NCBI GenBank assembly: GCA_036381995.1
Contig: DASVIS010000195.1
Location: forward strand, 1-54,057
Source of the DNA: Vicinamibacterales bacterium
GTDB taxonomy: Bacteria; Acidobacteriota; Vicinamibacteria; Vicinamibacterales; Fen-181
Length of the DNA: 54,057 bases
Reading direction: 5' to 3'
Shown: positions 29,840 through 38,380 of the stretch, piece by piece
Layout: each line of letters begins with the position of its first letter
Position numbering within the stretch: the first letter of the stretch is position 1
Notes under the pieces: model-generated
Database searches by the model: none
Told to the model about the DNA's origin: nothing
The model's input: only the letters and a program-made list of their open reading frames with translations
Made by a program: the position numbers and the translations under genes

Positions 29840-30818
29840 ATGTCCACGTCCAGAATCGGCGGCATCCTGACAACGGCATTGGTTGTGGTCGCTTTCTCGG
29901 GCACCCCCGGACAGCGGACGCTGGCGGTCGGGTTCCAGGCGCCCGCGCCGGCGGCGGCCTCGAAGACCGCAGCGCCCGCGCAGGCGGCATCGCCGGCACG
30001 CGAGGAGTGGGACGATCCTGCCGTGCTGCGCGTCGGCGCCGAGCGAACGCACGCGACGATGATGACGTATCCGTCGGCGGACCTGGCCACCCGCGGCGAT
30101 CGCGCGGCGTCGTCCTGGTTCCGCTCGCTGAACAACGGGACGTGGAAGTTCCGCTACTCGCCAAACCCGGCGAGCCGGCCGACAGGCTTCGAGCGGCCCG
30201 ACTTCGACGACACGGGCTGGCCGACCATAAGAGTGCCGGCCAACTGGGAAGTGCAGGGCTTCGGGATCCCGATCTACAGCAACTCGGACTATCCGTTCTC
30301 CTTCGACCCGGCCAACCCCCGGGTGCCTCGCGACGACAACCCGGTAGGCTCCTACCGCACATCGTTCACCGTCCCGGCCGAATGGGCCGGCCGCCGGGTA
30401 TTGCTGCACTTCGCCGGTGTTGATTCCGCTTTCTACCTCTGGATCAACGGCAAGCGCGTCGGCTACAGCGAGGACAGCCGGACGCCGGCCGAGTTCGACG
30501 TCACGAGTTTCGTCTCGGCGGGGCCGAACACGATGGCTGTGGAAGTCTATCGCTGGAGCGACGGCTGGTTCCTCGAGGACCAGGACATGTTCCGGCTGAG
30601 CGGCATCTATCGCGACGTCTATTTCTGGAGCCGTGCGCCGTCGCATATCCGGGACTTCGAGACGCGCACGAATCTCGATGCCGCGTACCGCGATTCTCGA
30701 CCGCGGACCGGTGCCTGAATTCTGGCGCCCGATGACCGACAACGACCTCGGTGCATGGAAGTCCGTCGGGAACCGCGCTCGCTACTCGTTCCGCCTGCGT
30801 CCGATTGAAGGGCGGTAG
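29840..30818 (+). pseudogene. GH2 (LacZ-like beta-galactosidase) remnant. The signal peptide and N-terminal sugar-binding domain are retained; the catalytic core is deleted and the 3' end is lost
   Basis: Residues up to ...FWSRAPSHIRDFETRTNLDAAYRD are collinear with GH2 domain 1 and the start of domain 2 (WPTIRVPANWEVQGFG, NPVGSYRTSF, FAGVDSAFYLWINGKRVGYSEDSRTPAEFDVT, WSDGWFLEDQDMFRLSGIYRDV). At about 30690 the reading frame changes and the next recognisable peptide is ILDRGPVPEFWRPMTDNDLG, the FWRxxTDND motif of the C-terminal Bgal_small_N domain. A stop follows at 30818. Confidence 0.75.
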
Positions 30819-30874
30819 CCGGATCGAAGCGCCAGGGTCAGCCAACACGCAGGACGTCGAACGGAAGACGGAGC

Positions 30875-32071
30875 ATGCGACCCGGTCGGATGCCCGGCCA
30901 GATCGGGCATACTGGTTGGATGCCACCTCCCGAGACCCTTCGGTTCTATCCGGCCGCCCGCGTCGTCGCACCGCGGATTCACGAATATTTCGCCGTTCAC
31001 CTCGAGGCGGCCCGGCAGCGGGGCGCAGCGCCCGAGGCCTGTCTGGCGGATATCGACGCCATCGAGGCGATCATCGACGCCGCATTCTGGGCGAGCCTCC
31101 GCCGTGAGGAGAACTACATTCCGAAGATCTCGCTGGCGTTCCTCCCTCCCGGCCACTCGGCGCAGACCCTGAAGTTCGAGCACTCGCTCTCGCTCAGTGT
31201 GACCGCACTGACCCGGGTGTCGCCAGCCGTGGAGCGCGCCGGCGTCCACCTCGGCGTCTGGCGCATGGGGGACGAGCTGCGGGTGTGGGGAGCGACCTGC
31301 TCGATCCCGGCGCTTTGTTTCGTGCTGGAAGTGGTCGCGCCAGGCCTCCTCGTGGCCAAGCACCATCGCGGCGACGAAACGGGGAAGTTCGTCAACGTGG
31401 CCGTTCTCGAGGGCGACCAGGTCAAGGTCGTCGACGAGGGGGCCAGGAGTCTGCCCGACTGTCCGGCCCTGCTGGCGTCGCTCCTCGGCTTCGATTCTCC
31501 GAGCTCCTGGGTCGAGTCGCTCAACGTCTTGGTACAGCTCGCCGTGTCGATGCGGGCACACGGCCGCGGCGGTCTCCTGCTGGTCGTCCCGTCCGGAAGC
31601 GACGGGTGGCGGGACTCGATCGTGCGCCCGATGGGCTATGGTCTCGACCCGCCATTCGTGCGGCTCTCCGACTTGATGCGAGACTACACGGGTGAGCGCG
31701 AGGAGGGGCATTGGCGCGACGCGCTCGACCGGGCCGTGGACGCCGTCGCGGGGCTGACCGCCGTCGACGGAGCGGCCATCATGACGGACCGCTACGAATT
31801 GCTGGCATTCGGCGCGAAGATTATGCGGCGCAAGGGTGGACAGCAGGTCGAGCGTGTGGCCGTGACCGAGCCGATCGAGGGCAGCGTGGCGGCGGTCGTC
31901 CCCCCCACGGAACTCGGTGGCACGCGTCACCTCTCGGCCGCGCAGTTCATCCAGGACCAGCGGGACGGCCTGGCTCTGGTCGCGTCGCAGGACGGACGGT
32001 TCACGGTCTTCGCCTGGTCGCCGTGTGACGCCATGGTTCACGCCCACCGTGTGGACACCCTGCTGCTGTAA
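30875..32071 (+). CDS. stand-alone diadenylate-cyclase (DAC/DisA_N)-like protein with an uncharacterised soluble N-terminal domain
   Basis: The C-terminal about 170 aa carry the ordered DAC motifs GGLLLVVP (cf. GALIVI), VDGAAIM (DGA motif), GGTRHLSAAQF (RHR motif, here RHL) and ALVASQDGRFTVF (cf. VVSEETGxIS). No TM segment or HhH domain. The start is uncertain (ATG 30875, 30890 or 30920). Confidence 0.75.
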   Translation: MRPGRMPGQIGHTGWMPPPETLRFYPAARVVAPRIHEYFAVHLEAARQRGAAPEACLADIDAIEAIIDAAFWASLRREENYIPKISLAFLPPGHSAQTLKFEHSLSLSVTALTRVSPAVERAGVHLGVWRMGDELRVWGATCSIPALCFVLEVVAPGLLVAKHHRGDETGKFVNVAVLEGDQVKVVDEGARSLPDCPALLASLLGFDSPSSWVESLNVLVQLAVSMRAHGRGGLLLVVPSGSDGWRDSIVRPMGYGLDPPFVRLSDLMRDYTGEREEGHWRDALDRAVDAVAGLTAVDGAAIMTDRYELLAFGAKIMRRKGGQQVERVAVTEPIEGSVAAVVPPTELGGTRHLSAAQFIQDQRDGLALVASQDGRFTVFAWSPCDAMVHAHRVDTLLL

Positions 32072-32125
32072 CGGGTCTCATTCCTGAGGGACGCGTGCGT
32101 CGGCGTTTCGCGTAGGGGGGTTGTT

Positions 32126-32932
32126 GTGACCAAGATCGTTTCCGCCGCCTGCTTCGTCCTCGTCGTACTCCTCGCTGGAAGCGCCTGTTCGCGCCAGCCA
32201 GCCCCGTCGTCCACCGCCGCACCGGCCACGTCTGCGCCCGCGGCGGCCACGCCCGGGAATCCGGGCGCCATCCCGGTTGTCATGCCCGGAACAGGAGGCC
32301 AGCAGGCCCTCGAGACCGTGACCGGCGAGGTGGTCGAGACGATGGACGCGTCGACCTACACCTATGTCCGGGTGAAGACCGCGAAGGGTGATGTCTGGGC
32401 GGCGACCGGGAAGACAGAGGTGGCGGTTGGCGACAAGGTGGTGGTCCCGCTCGAGTCCGAGATGCGGAACTTCCACAGCCCATCGCTGAACCGCGACTTC
32501 CCGGTCATCTACTTCGTGTCACAAATCACGCGCGAGGGCGAGCCCACGCCGCCGCCGATGGCCCTCGGGCACGGGATGGGGAGCGGGTCCGCGTCCCCGC
32601 AGGCGCCGGTGAAGGTCGACCCCATCGCGCCGCCCGCCGGAGGGTCGAGCATCGCCGACGTGTGGGCGAACCGCGCGTCCCTCGCAGGCAAGTCCGTGAC
32701 GGTGAGCGGCAAGGTGGTGAAGTTCAACGGGGGCATTCTGGGCCGCAACTGGCTGCATGTGCAGGACGGCAGCGGCAAGGCTGCGGACGGCACCAACGAC
32801 CTGACCGTCACCACCGATGCGATGACGAAGGTCGGCGACGTCATCACCGCCACCGGCACGGTCGTCGTGAACAAGGACTTCGGCGCCGGCTACGCGTACA
32901 AGGTGATGCTGGAGGGGGCAAAGATCAGGTAA
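32126..32932 (+). CDS. probable lipoprotein with two beta-rich (OB-fold-like) modules
   Basis: GTG start with an AGGGGGG RBS. MTKIVSAACFVLVVLLAGSAC signal/lipobox-like, then a Pro/Ala/Ser linker. Module 1 is ETVTGEVVETMDASTYTYVRVKTAKGDVWAA... Module 2 is SLAGKSVTVSGKVVKFNGGILGRNWLHVQDGSG... Confidence 0.7.
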   Translation: MTKIVSAACFVLVVLLAGSACSRQPAPSSTAAPATSAPAAATPGNPGAIPVVMPGTGGQQALETVTGEVVETMDASTYTYVRVKTAKGDVWAATGKTEVAVGDKVVVPLESEMRNFHSPSLNRDFPVIYFVSQITREGEPTPPPMALGHGMGSGSASPQAPVKVDPIAPPAGGSSIADVWANRASLAGKSVTVSGKVVKFNGGILGRNWLHVQDGSGKAADGTNDLTVTTDAMTKVGDVITATGTVVVNKDFGAGYAYKVMLEGAKIR

Positions 32933-32988
32933 GGCACGCAGGAAAGCTGCGCAGGTCGAGCAGGGCGATCCGATACAATCAGGGCTCG

Positions 32989-34962
32989 ATGCTGGATCAC
33001 AACGACACAGTGCGGTGGGCCGACGGCGGCCGGGTGGAACTGGACCTCGACGCGGGGCTCTCCCGGCTCGGCTACCAGCAGTTTCGCCCTGGCCAGCGCG
33101 AGGCCATTGAAACGCTGCTCGCGGACGGGCGCCTGCTGCTCGTCGCCCCCACCGGCGGCGGCAAGAGCCTGATCTATCAGCTTCCCGCCACGCTCCTGCC
33201 TGGCACGACCATCGTCGTCTCCCCGCTCATCGCGCTCATGCAGGACCAGGCGCGCGCGCTCGAGGAGCGGGGCGTCGCGGCCACGTTCCTGTCGTCCACC
33301 CTCGAATCGGGTGAGATGCGGCGCCGGATGGCGCGCGCAGCGGCTGGGGACTTCAAGCTGCTCTACGTGGCGCCAGAGCGCCTCACGTACCCCGGCTTCA
33401 AGGGACTGCTGGCCGACCTCGAGATTCCGCTGGTCGCGGTGGACGAGGCGCATTGCATCAGCCAGTGGGGGCATGATTTTCGTCCAGAGTATCTGCAGAT
33501 TGGCGACCTCCTGGCCGATGTGCGGCCGCCCCGGATGCTGGCCTGCACCGCGACCGCCACGCCGGTCGTGCGCGACGAGATCGTCGCACGCCTGGGCCTC
33601 GGCGCCGACACGCCGCAGATCGTGCGAGGCTTTGCCCGCCCCAATCTCATCCTCCGTGCCGTTGAAATCCAGGGTCCACGCGAACGGGCCCGCCATGTCG
33701 ACGCGCAGTTGCTCGAGTCACTCGGCCGGCCCGGCCAGGCTCGCGGTGTGGCTATCGTCTACTCGATGACTCGCGCGGGCGCCGAGCATGAGGCTGACCG
33801 ATTGGCCGCGCGGGGATGGCGGACGACCGCGTATCACGCGGGCCTCGACCGCGATGTGCGCGCGCGCGCCCAGGGGGCGTTCAGCAACGGCAGCGTTGAC
33901 GTCGTCGCCGCGACGGTCGCCTTCGGGATGGGCATCGACCGCGCGGATGTCCGCGCCGTGATTCATCTCTCGCCGCCGGGGTCGATCGAGGCTTACTACC
34001 AGGAGGTCGGCCGCGCAGGACGCGACGGCGAGCCGGCGTGGGGGCTGCTGCTGGTCTCGCCGGGCGACATGGCGCTGCGCCGGCGGCTGCTGGAGAACGC
34101 CGAAGGCACGACCGCCGAGACGCTGGAGCACAAGTGGAACCTGTTCCTCGAGTTGCTTCGCTGGGCGGAGGGCGGAAGCTGCCGCCACGACGCCATCCTG
34201 CGGTACTTCGGTGACGAGGCGGAAACTCTGGCCGGCTGCGGAACGTGCGACGTGTGCGAAGCGCTCGAGGACGCCAGTCGCGACCAGGACTCTGAAGCGG
34301 TGGCGTTGACCGTCCGGAAGGCGTTGAGTGGCGTGGCGCGCGTCCACGGCCGGTTCGGCATGACGGCGGCGGTCCAGCTCCTGAGGGGCGTCGCCGACGA
34401 ACGTCTCGTGCGGTCAGGTCTCGAGCAGACGACGACATTCGGCGTGCTGCGTGAGCACAGCGAGGAGTGGCTGCTGCGGCTGCTGCGCCGCCTCGTCACC
34501 GCCGGCTGGATCGAGTTCTCGACGGGCGATCGGCCCGTCGTGCGCCTGACCGAACCGGGCCGCGCCGTGATGAAGGGGGAACACCCCGCCAGAGTCCTGC
34601 TGCCGCCACTGGGCCGGCCGTCGGCGGGCGGGGCACACCGCCCGCGGCGACGCCTGGATGCCGGTACTGACGCCGCAGGACGTGGGGCAGTGCCATCGTC
34701 TGTGGCCCGCGCGTACACGGTCGAAGCCGAAGAGGAGGATCTGTTCGAGGCGCTGCGCCGCCACCGTTTGGAAGTATCGCGTGCGCTCGGCGCTCCGCCT
34801 TACGTCGTTGCCAGCGACCGCACCCTGCGCGAGCTGGCGACGTTCAGGCCGCGAACGCTTCGCGAGCTCGAAGCCATCTACGGCATCGGTCCGTCGAAGC
34901 TCGAGCGTTTTGGCCAGGGGTTCCTCGATGCCCTGCGGGCGTCGCGGTCGTCAACGGGGTAG
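32989..34962 (+). CDS. recQ: ATP-dependent DNA helicase RecQ
   Basis: FRPGQREAIE, APTGGGKSLIYQLPA, VAVDEAHCISQWGHDFRPEY (DEAH), Zn-binding CRHDAILRYFGDE...CGTCDVC, and a C-terminal HRDC (LFEALRRHRLEVSRALGAPPYVVASDRTLRELA). ATG 32989; the upstream extension in the track is unsupported. Confidence 0.93.
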   Translation: MLDHNDTVRWADGGRVELDLDAGLSRLGYQQFRPGQREAIETLLADGRLLLVAPTGGGKSLIYQLPATLLPGTTIVVSPLIALMQDQARALEERGVAATFLSSTLESGEMRRRMARAAAGDFKLLYVAPERLTYPGFKGLLADLEIPLVAVDEAHCISQWGHDFRPEYLQIGDLLADVRPPRMLACTATATPVVRDEIVARLGLGADTPQIVRGFARPNLILRAVEIQGPRERARHVDAQLLESLGRPGQARGVAIVYSMTRAGAEHEADRLAARGWRTTAYHAGLDRDVRARAQGAFSNGSVDVVAATVAFGMGIDRADVRAVIHLSPPGSIEAYYQEVGRAGRDGEPAWGLLLVSPGDMALRRRLLENAEGTTAETLEHKWNLFLELLRWAEGGSCRHDAILRYFGDEAETLAGCGTCDVCEALEDASRDQDSEAVALTVRKALSGVARVHGRFGMTAAVQLLRGVADERLVRSGLEQTTTFGVLREHSEEWLLRLLRRLVTAGWIEFSTGDRPVVRLTEPGRAVMKGEHPARVLLPPLGRPSAGGAHRPRRRLDAGTDAAGRGAVPSSVARAYTVEAEEEDLFEALRRHRLEVSRALGAPPYVVASDRTLRELATFRPRTLRELEAIYGIGPSKLERFGQGFLDALRASRSSTG

Positions 34963-35723
34963 CCGAGCAGGTAGGTGACTGAGATCGGCCATCCCCAGCG
35001 CCGTGCCTTCCCGACCTCCCAGCTGTACCCGTGCTCACGGAGAGGCTCGATCAGCGTCGAGAGTTCGGCGGGCGAGTACGATCTCAGGCACGACACGATC
35101 CCGTCGAAGAACATGGCAAGGGGGAAAATGGGAATCAGATAGGTCAGCACGAACGTCTGCCAGCGCACCGGCCTGAGAAAGGGAACCGCGATGAGGACCC
35201 CGAGTGGCGTGAGTGCCAGGACCGCGATAGCCACCGCGCCTCGTTCGGTGAACTCGAAGACACCGATGCCCGCGCGGTCGTTCACCGCATCGACGAGAAT
35301 GGCAGGCGCGGCCGCGGGGCGAAAGTGGTGGAAGGACGTGAACATCGTCCGGAATCCGCGGAGATCACGAGGCACGGCCATGGCGTCCACGCTTCTGGGT
35401 TCGCTGCAGATGCGACCGTGGGACGCGTCCGCGACCCGGCGGGCGCCCACGGTATTCGGGTACTTGTCGGTCAACAAGACCCGGAGCGCAGGCTCGTCAT
35501 CGCGTGCGGACAGCAGTCTTGGCCACGGTCCGCCGCCGCCCGCGCAGAGGTCGACGATGTCGCGCTCCCCCATTCCCTCGAGCGCGCCCATGAGACGAGG
35601 CACGATCGGCGCGTAGCAGCTGCTGATGCGGAGGAACAACTCGAGGAGGTCCGTCATCGCGCAGCGGAGCGCTTTCGGACACCAGGCCTGGTCGCCGATC
35701 TCGAAGAAGTGAACGCGACGCAC
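34878..35723 (-). CDS. class I SAM-dependent methyltransferase-like protein with C-terminal TM helices
   Basis: IVDLCAGGGGPW (SAM motif I-like GxGxG), then hydrophobic segments (AVAIAVLALTPLGVLIAVPF, FVLTYLIPIFPLAMFFDGIV). GTG start with GAGGG upstream. The 3' end overlaps the convergent recQ by 85 nt. Confidence 0.7.
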   Translation of the reverse strand: MRRVHFFEIGDQAWCPKALRCAMTDLLELFLRISSCYAPIVPRLMGALEGMGERDIVDLCAGGGGPWPRLLSARDDEPALRVLLTDKYPNTVGARRVADASHGRICSEPRSVDAMAVPRDLRGFRTMFTSFHHFRPAAAPAILVDAVNDRAGIGVFEFTERGAVAIAVLALTPLGVLIAVPFLRPVRWQTFVLTYLIPIFPLAMFFDGIVSCLRSYSPAELSTLIEPLREHGYSWEVGKARRWGWPISVTYLLGYPVDDRDARRASRNPWPKRSSFDGPMP

Positions 35724-35753
35724 TGTGACCCTCAGCCCTCGTGTGCTGGCTGG

Positions 35754-37241
35754 TCAACGTGGGGGGCGGCCATGTTCGAGTTCGTAACTGCTCACCTCGC
35801 GCATCGTCTCCGACGGGTGGCGCGGGTTCTGGCCCTCGAAGTTCGTCCAGTTGTATCCCTGGCCCCCATAATAGTCTCCCGTCGCCGTGTCGCGGGTGCC
35901 CGAGCTGCCGGTCTGATAGACCTTTCCACCCTCGAGATCTGAAACCCAGTAGCTCTGGCCGCGGCGGTAGTCGTCCCACTTGGAGTCCATGTAGTCCTTG
36001 CGCGCCTGGCGGGCCTCCCAGGCCGCCTGGTTGTCCTCGCGAGCCTGGTTCAGGCTCTGGATGGCAGCCGCCGTCTGCTGCTGCAGGCGTCGCAGGTTGG
36101 CAAGGCCGGACTGGATGTAGGCCCTGGCGAACTGGTCGTTGACCGAAAACGAGCCGGCGACCTGTTCGAGGATCGGGTAGTAGCGGTAGAAGTCCTTCTG
36201 CGGTCCCCAGATCCCCGCGACGATGCTCGACCATTGGCCGGTGATGCCGGGCGCCGTGTTCACGACCTTGAACGCCCCGACGCAGTCCACGCCGCCGCTG
36301 GACGTCCACTTCGCGACCATGTCCGACGCGTCGCAGTTGTTCCGGATAGACGCCCGGCACTGCGCCATGGTGCCGCGGTCGGCGGCCGCGGACATCACGA
36401 CCGGGTTCCGGTGTCCGAACCCGATCAGGATGTAGGGGAGCGTCTGCGCGGGCGGACGATAGGGCGAGCCGATCACGCCCTGCGTCACTCTCGCCTGGGG
36501 CAGCATAGGATTCCCGGCAAACGCCGTGAAGATGAAACCGGCGCCGCCGCCAGGCGCGCCCGCGATGATCCGTCCCCCGCCCGCAAGAAACGCCCAGTCT
36601 CCCGGCGTCCGGATCGTCAGGCTGCCGTCCGGCGCCCGGCGGTCGACGAGGGTCGCCTGCACGGGCGGTTCAAGGCCGCCTCGGGTGCCCTGATGCAGGA
36701 CCTTGACGAACGCCAGGCTCGACATCACGTTCAACAACAGCGGCCGCTCGGAGGCGAGCCGCGTTTCGGGGGCGAGGAAGCCCTGCAGCGAGATTCCCGT
36801 GCGTGTGGACTCGAAGAAGTAGCGCCCCGTGACCGGGGTGTTCGCTACGCGGCAGCGCACCGTCACGACGGCATGGCTCGAGTCCTTCGCGACGTAGGCC
36901 TCGCTGACCACTGCCCCTGGGTCGGTCTGGACGAGGGCGCGCCGCCAGGAAACCAGGGCGAGCATTGCGTCCGGCCGGCCGGCCGGATTGCGCTCCCAGC
37001 GGAACTCGACCAGCGATGTTCGGGCCGGCGAGGCGACGAGGATGCGGAACGAGCTGGCGCGGGCCTCCTCGTTCACCGTCCAGTCGGCCGGCTTGTAGAC
37101 GACGAACATCTTGCTGGCGGCCACGTACGGCTGGAGGCGCGGTGGGGCCGCGGCACATTCGGTGACCGGTAGGCTGGCCGCTGCGGCGGCCAGGACGACA
37201 ACGCATCGGGCGAGCGCGGCGACGATCCTGTCGGTTTGCAT
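35754..37241 (-). CDS. secreted hypothetical protein (two beta-rich modules plus a C-terminal coiled-coil and Gly/Tyr-rich tail)
   Basis: Signal peptide MQTDRIVAALARCVVVLAAAAASLP. Repeated PxDW-type module starts (MFVVYKPADWTV, SLTIRTPGDWAFL). C-terminal LANLRRLQQQTAAAIQSLNQAREDNQAAWEARQARKDYMDSKWDDY. Only the part after ATG 37241 of the 35754..37718 ORF is credible. Confidence 0.7.
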   Translation of the reverse strand: MQTDRIVAALARCVVVLAAAAASLPVTECAAAPPRLQPYVAASKMFVVYKPADWTVNEEARASSFRILVASPARTSLVEFRWERNPAGRPDAMLALVSWRRALVQTDPGAVVSEAYVAKDSSHAVVTVRCRVANTPVTGRYFFESTRTGISLQGFLAPETRLASERPLLLNVMSSLAFVKVLHQGTRGGLEPPVQATLVDRRAPDGSLTIRTPGDWAFLAGGGRIIAGAPGGGAGFIFTAFAGNPMLPQARVTQGVIGSPYRPPAQTLPYILIGFGHRNPVVMSAAADRGTMAQCRASIRNNCDASDMVAKWTSSGGVDCVGAFKVVNTAPGITGQWSSIVAGIWGPQKDFYRYYPILEQVAGSFSVNDQFARAYIQSGLANLRRLQQQTAAAIQSLNQAREDNQAAWEARQARKDYMDSKWDDYRRGQSYWVSDLEGGKVYQTGSSGTRDTATGDYYGGQGYNWTNFEGQNPRHPSETMREVSSYELEHGRPPR

Positions 37242-37307
37242 GATGTCACTCGCTGTCTCGACGAGATCGACGCATTCTCCACCATTTTCTGGTATTTTGA
37301 CCAGACC

Positions 37308-38294
37308 ATGAGTGCTGAAACGATCGACCCCGGTGAGGTGCGTCTCTTCGCGGGCAGCTCGAACGGCCCGCTCGCCGCCGACATCGCCCTGCTGCTTGGC
37401 GTCCCGCTCGACGATGTGGCGATCACGAAGTTCAGCAACGACGACCTGTACATCCAGCTTGGCGCGAGCGTCCGTTCGCGTGAGGTCTTCATCGTGCAGT
37501 CGCTCTCGCCGCCGGTGAACGACCACCTGATGGAACTGCTGATGATGCTGGACATCGCCCGCGGCGCCGGCGCCAAGGCGGTGCACGCCATCATTCCGTA
37601 CTTCTCGTTCGCGCGGTCGGACAAGAAGGATGCGCCCCGGATCTGTATCACCGCCCGCCTGGTGGCGGACCTCCTCGAGACGGCCGGCGCGACGCATGTC
37701 ATGACGATGGTGTTGCACTCACCGCAGGTGCACGGCTTCTTCGGCGTGCCCACCGATCCGCTGGCCAGCCGGCAGCTGTTCAGCCGCCACTTCTCGACGT
37801 GCGACCTCTCGAACGCCGTGATCGTCGCGCCCGACCTCGGCCACGCGAAGTCGGCGGCGCGTTTCGCGAAGGACCTCGGCCTGCCGGTGGCGGCAGGCAA
37901 CAAGGAGCGCCTGTCGGACACCAAGGTCCGAGTGACGAGCATCGTCGGCCCGCCGCTGGCCGATTTCCGTTCCGCGCTGGTCTACGACGACGAGATTGCG
38001 ACCGGCGGGTCGGTGATCGAATTGTGCGATCGGCTGATCCAGGAGGGCATCCGCGACATCCGCGTGGCGTGCACGCACGGGGTGTTGGTGAGGAACGCCC
38101 TGGAGCGGATCGCGGCGATCGACGAGGTGCGGGAGATCGTCACCACGGACACGGTCTACCTGCCACCCGAGCGCCGGCACCCGAAACTGAAAGTCCTGTC
38201 GGCGGCGCCGATCTTCGCCGACGCGATTCGGCGGAACTACCTCCGGCAATCGATCGGCCATCTCGTGGCCTGCGGAGATGCTGGATCGGTCTAG
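37308..38294 (+). CDS. prs: ribose-phosphate pyrophosphokinase (PRPP synthetase family)
   Basis: Collinear with Prs: VFIVQSL..NDHLMELLMMLDIARGAGAKAVHAIIPYFSFARSDKKD, LLETAGATHVMTMVLHSPQVHGFF, YDDEIATGGS (PRPP loop). Variant FARSDKK replaces the common YARQDRK. Confidence 0.88.
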   Translation: MSAETIDPGEVRLFAGSSNGPLAADIALLLGVPLDDVAITKFSNDDLYIQLGASVRSREVFIVQSLSPPVNDHLMELLMMLDIARGAGAKAVHAIIPYFSFARSDKKDAPRICITARLVADLLETAGATHVMTMVLHSPQVHGFFGVPTDPLASRQLFSRHFSTCDLSNAVIVAPDLGHAKSAARFAKDLGLPVAAGNKERLSDTKVRVTSIVGPPLADFRSALVYDDEIATGGSVIELCDRLIQEGIRDIRVACTHGVLVRNALERIAAIDEVREIVTTDTVYLPPERRHPKLKVLSAAPIFADAIRRNYLRQSIGHLVACGDAGSV

Positions 38295-38380
38295 GCCGCT
38301 TGACCCTCCTCCGTGGGGAGGCAGATACTCCAGGTACACTCACAATCACGTGGGTTTCTCCACCCCCAGGAGGAACGCGT

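Noticed and set aside
37308-38294. Prs with the unusual FARSDKKD motif, considered as a possible specialised (for example phage-type or NAD-salvage-related) PRPP-synthetase-like enzyme.
   Set aside because: It is full-length and collinear with housekeeping Prs, including the PRPP loop. There is no accessory-gene context and no second prs in the window to compare. The variation is probably lineage-typical.
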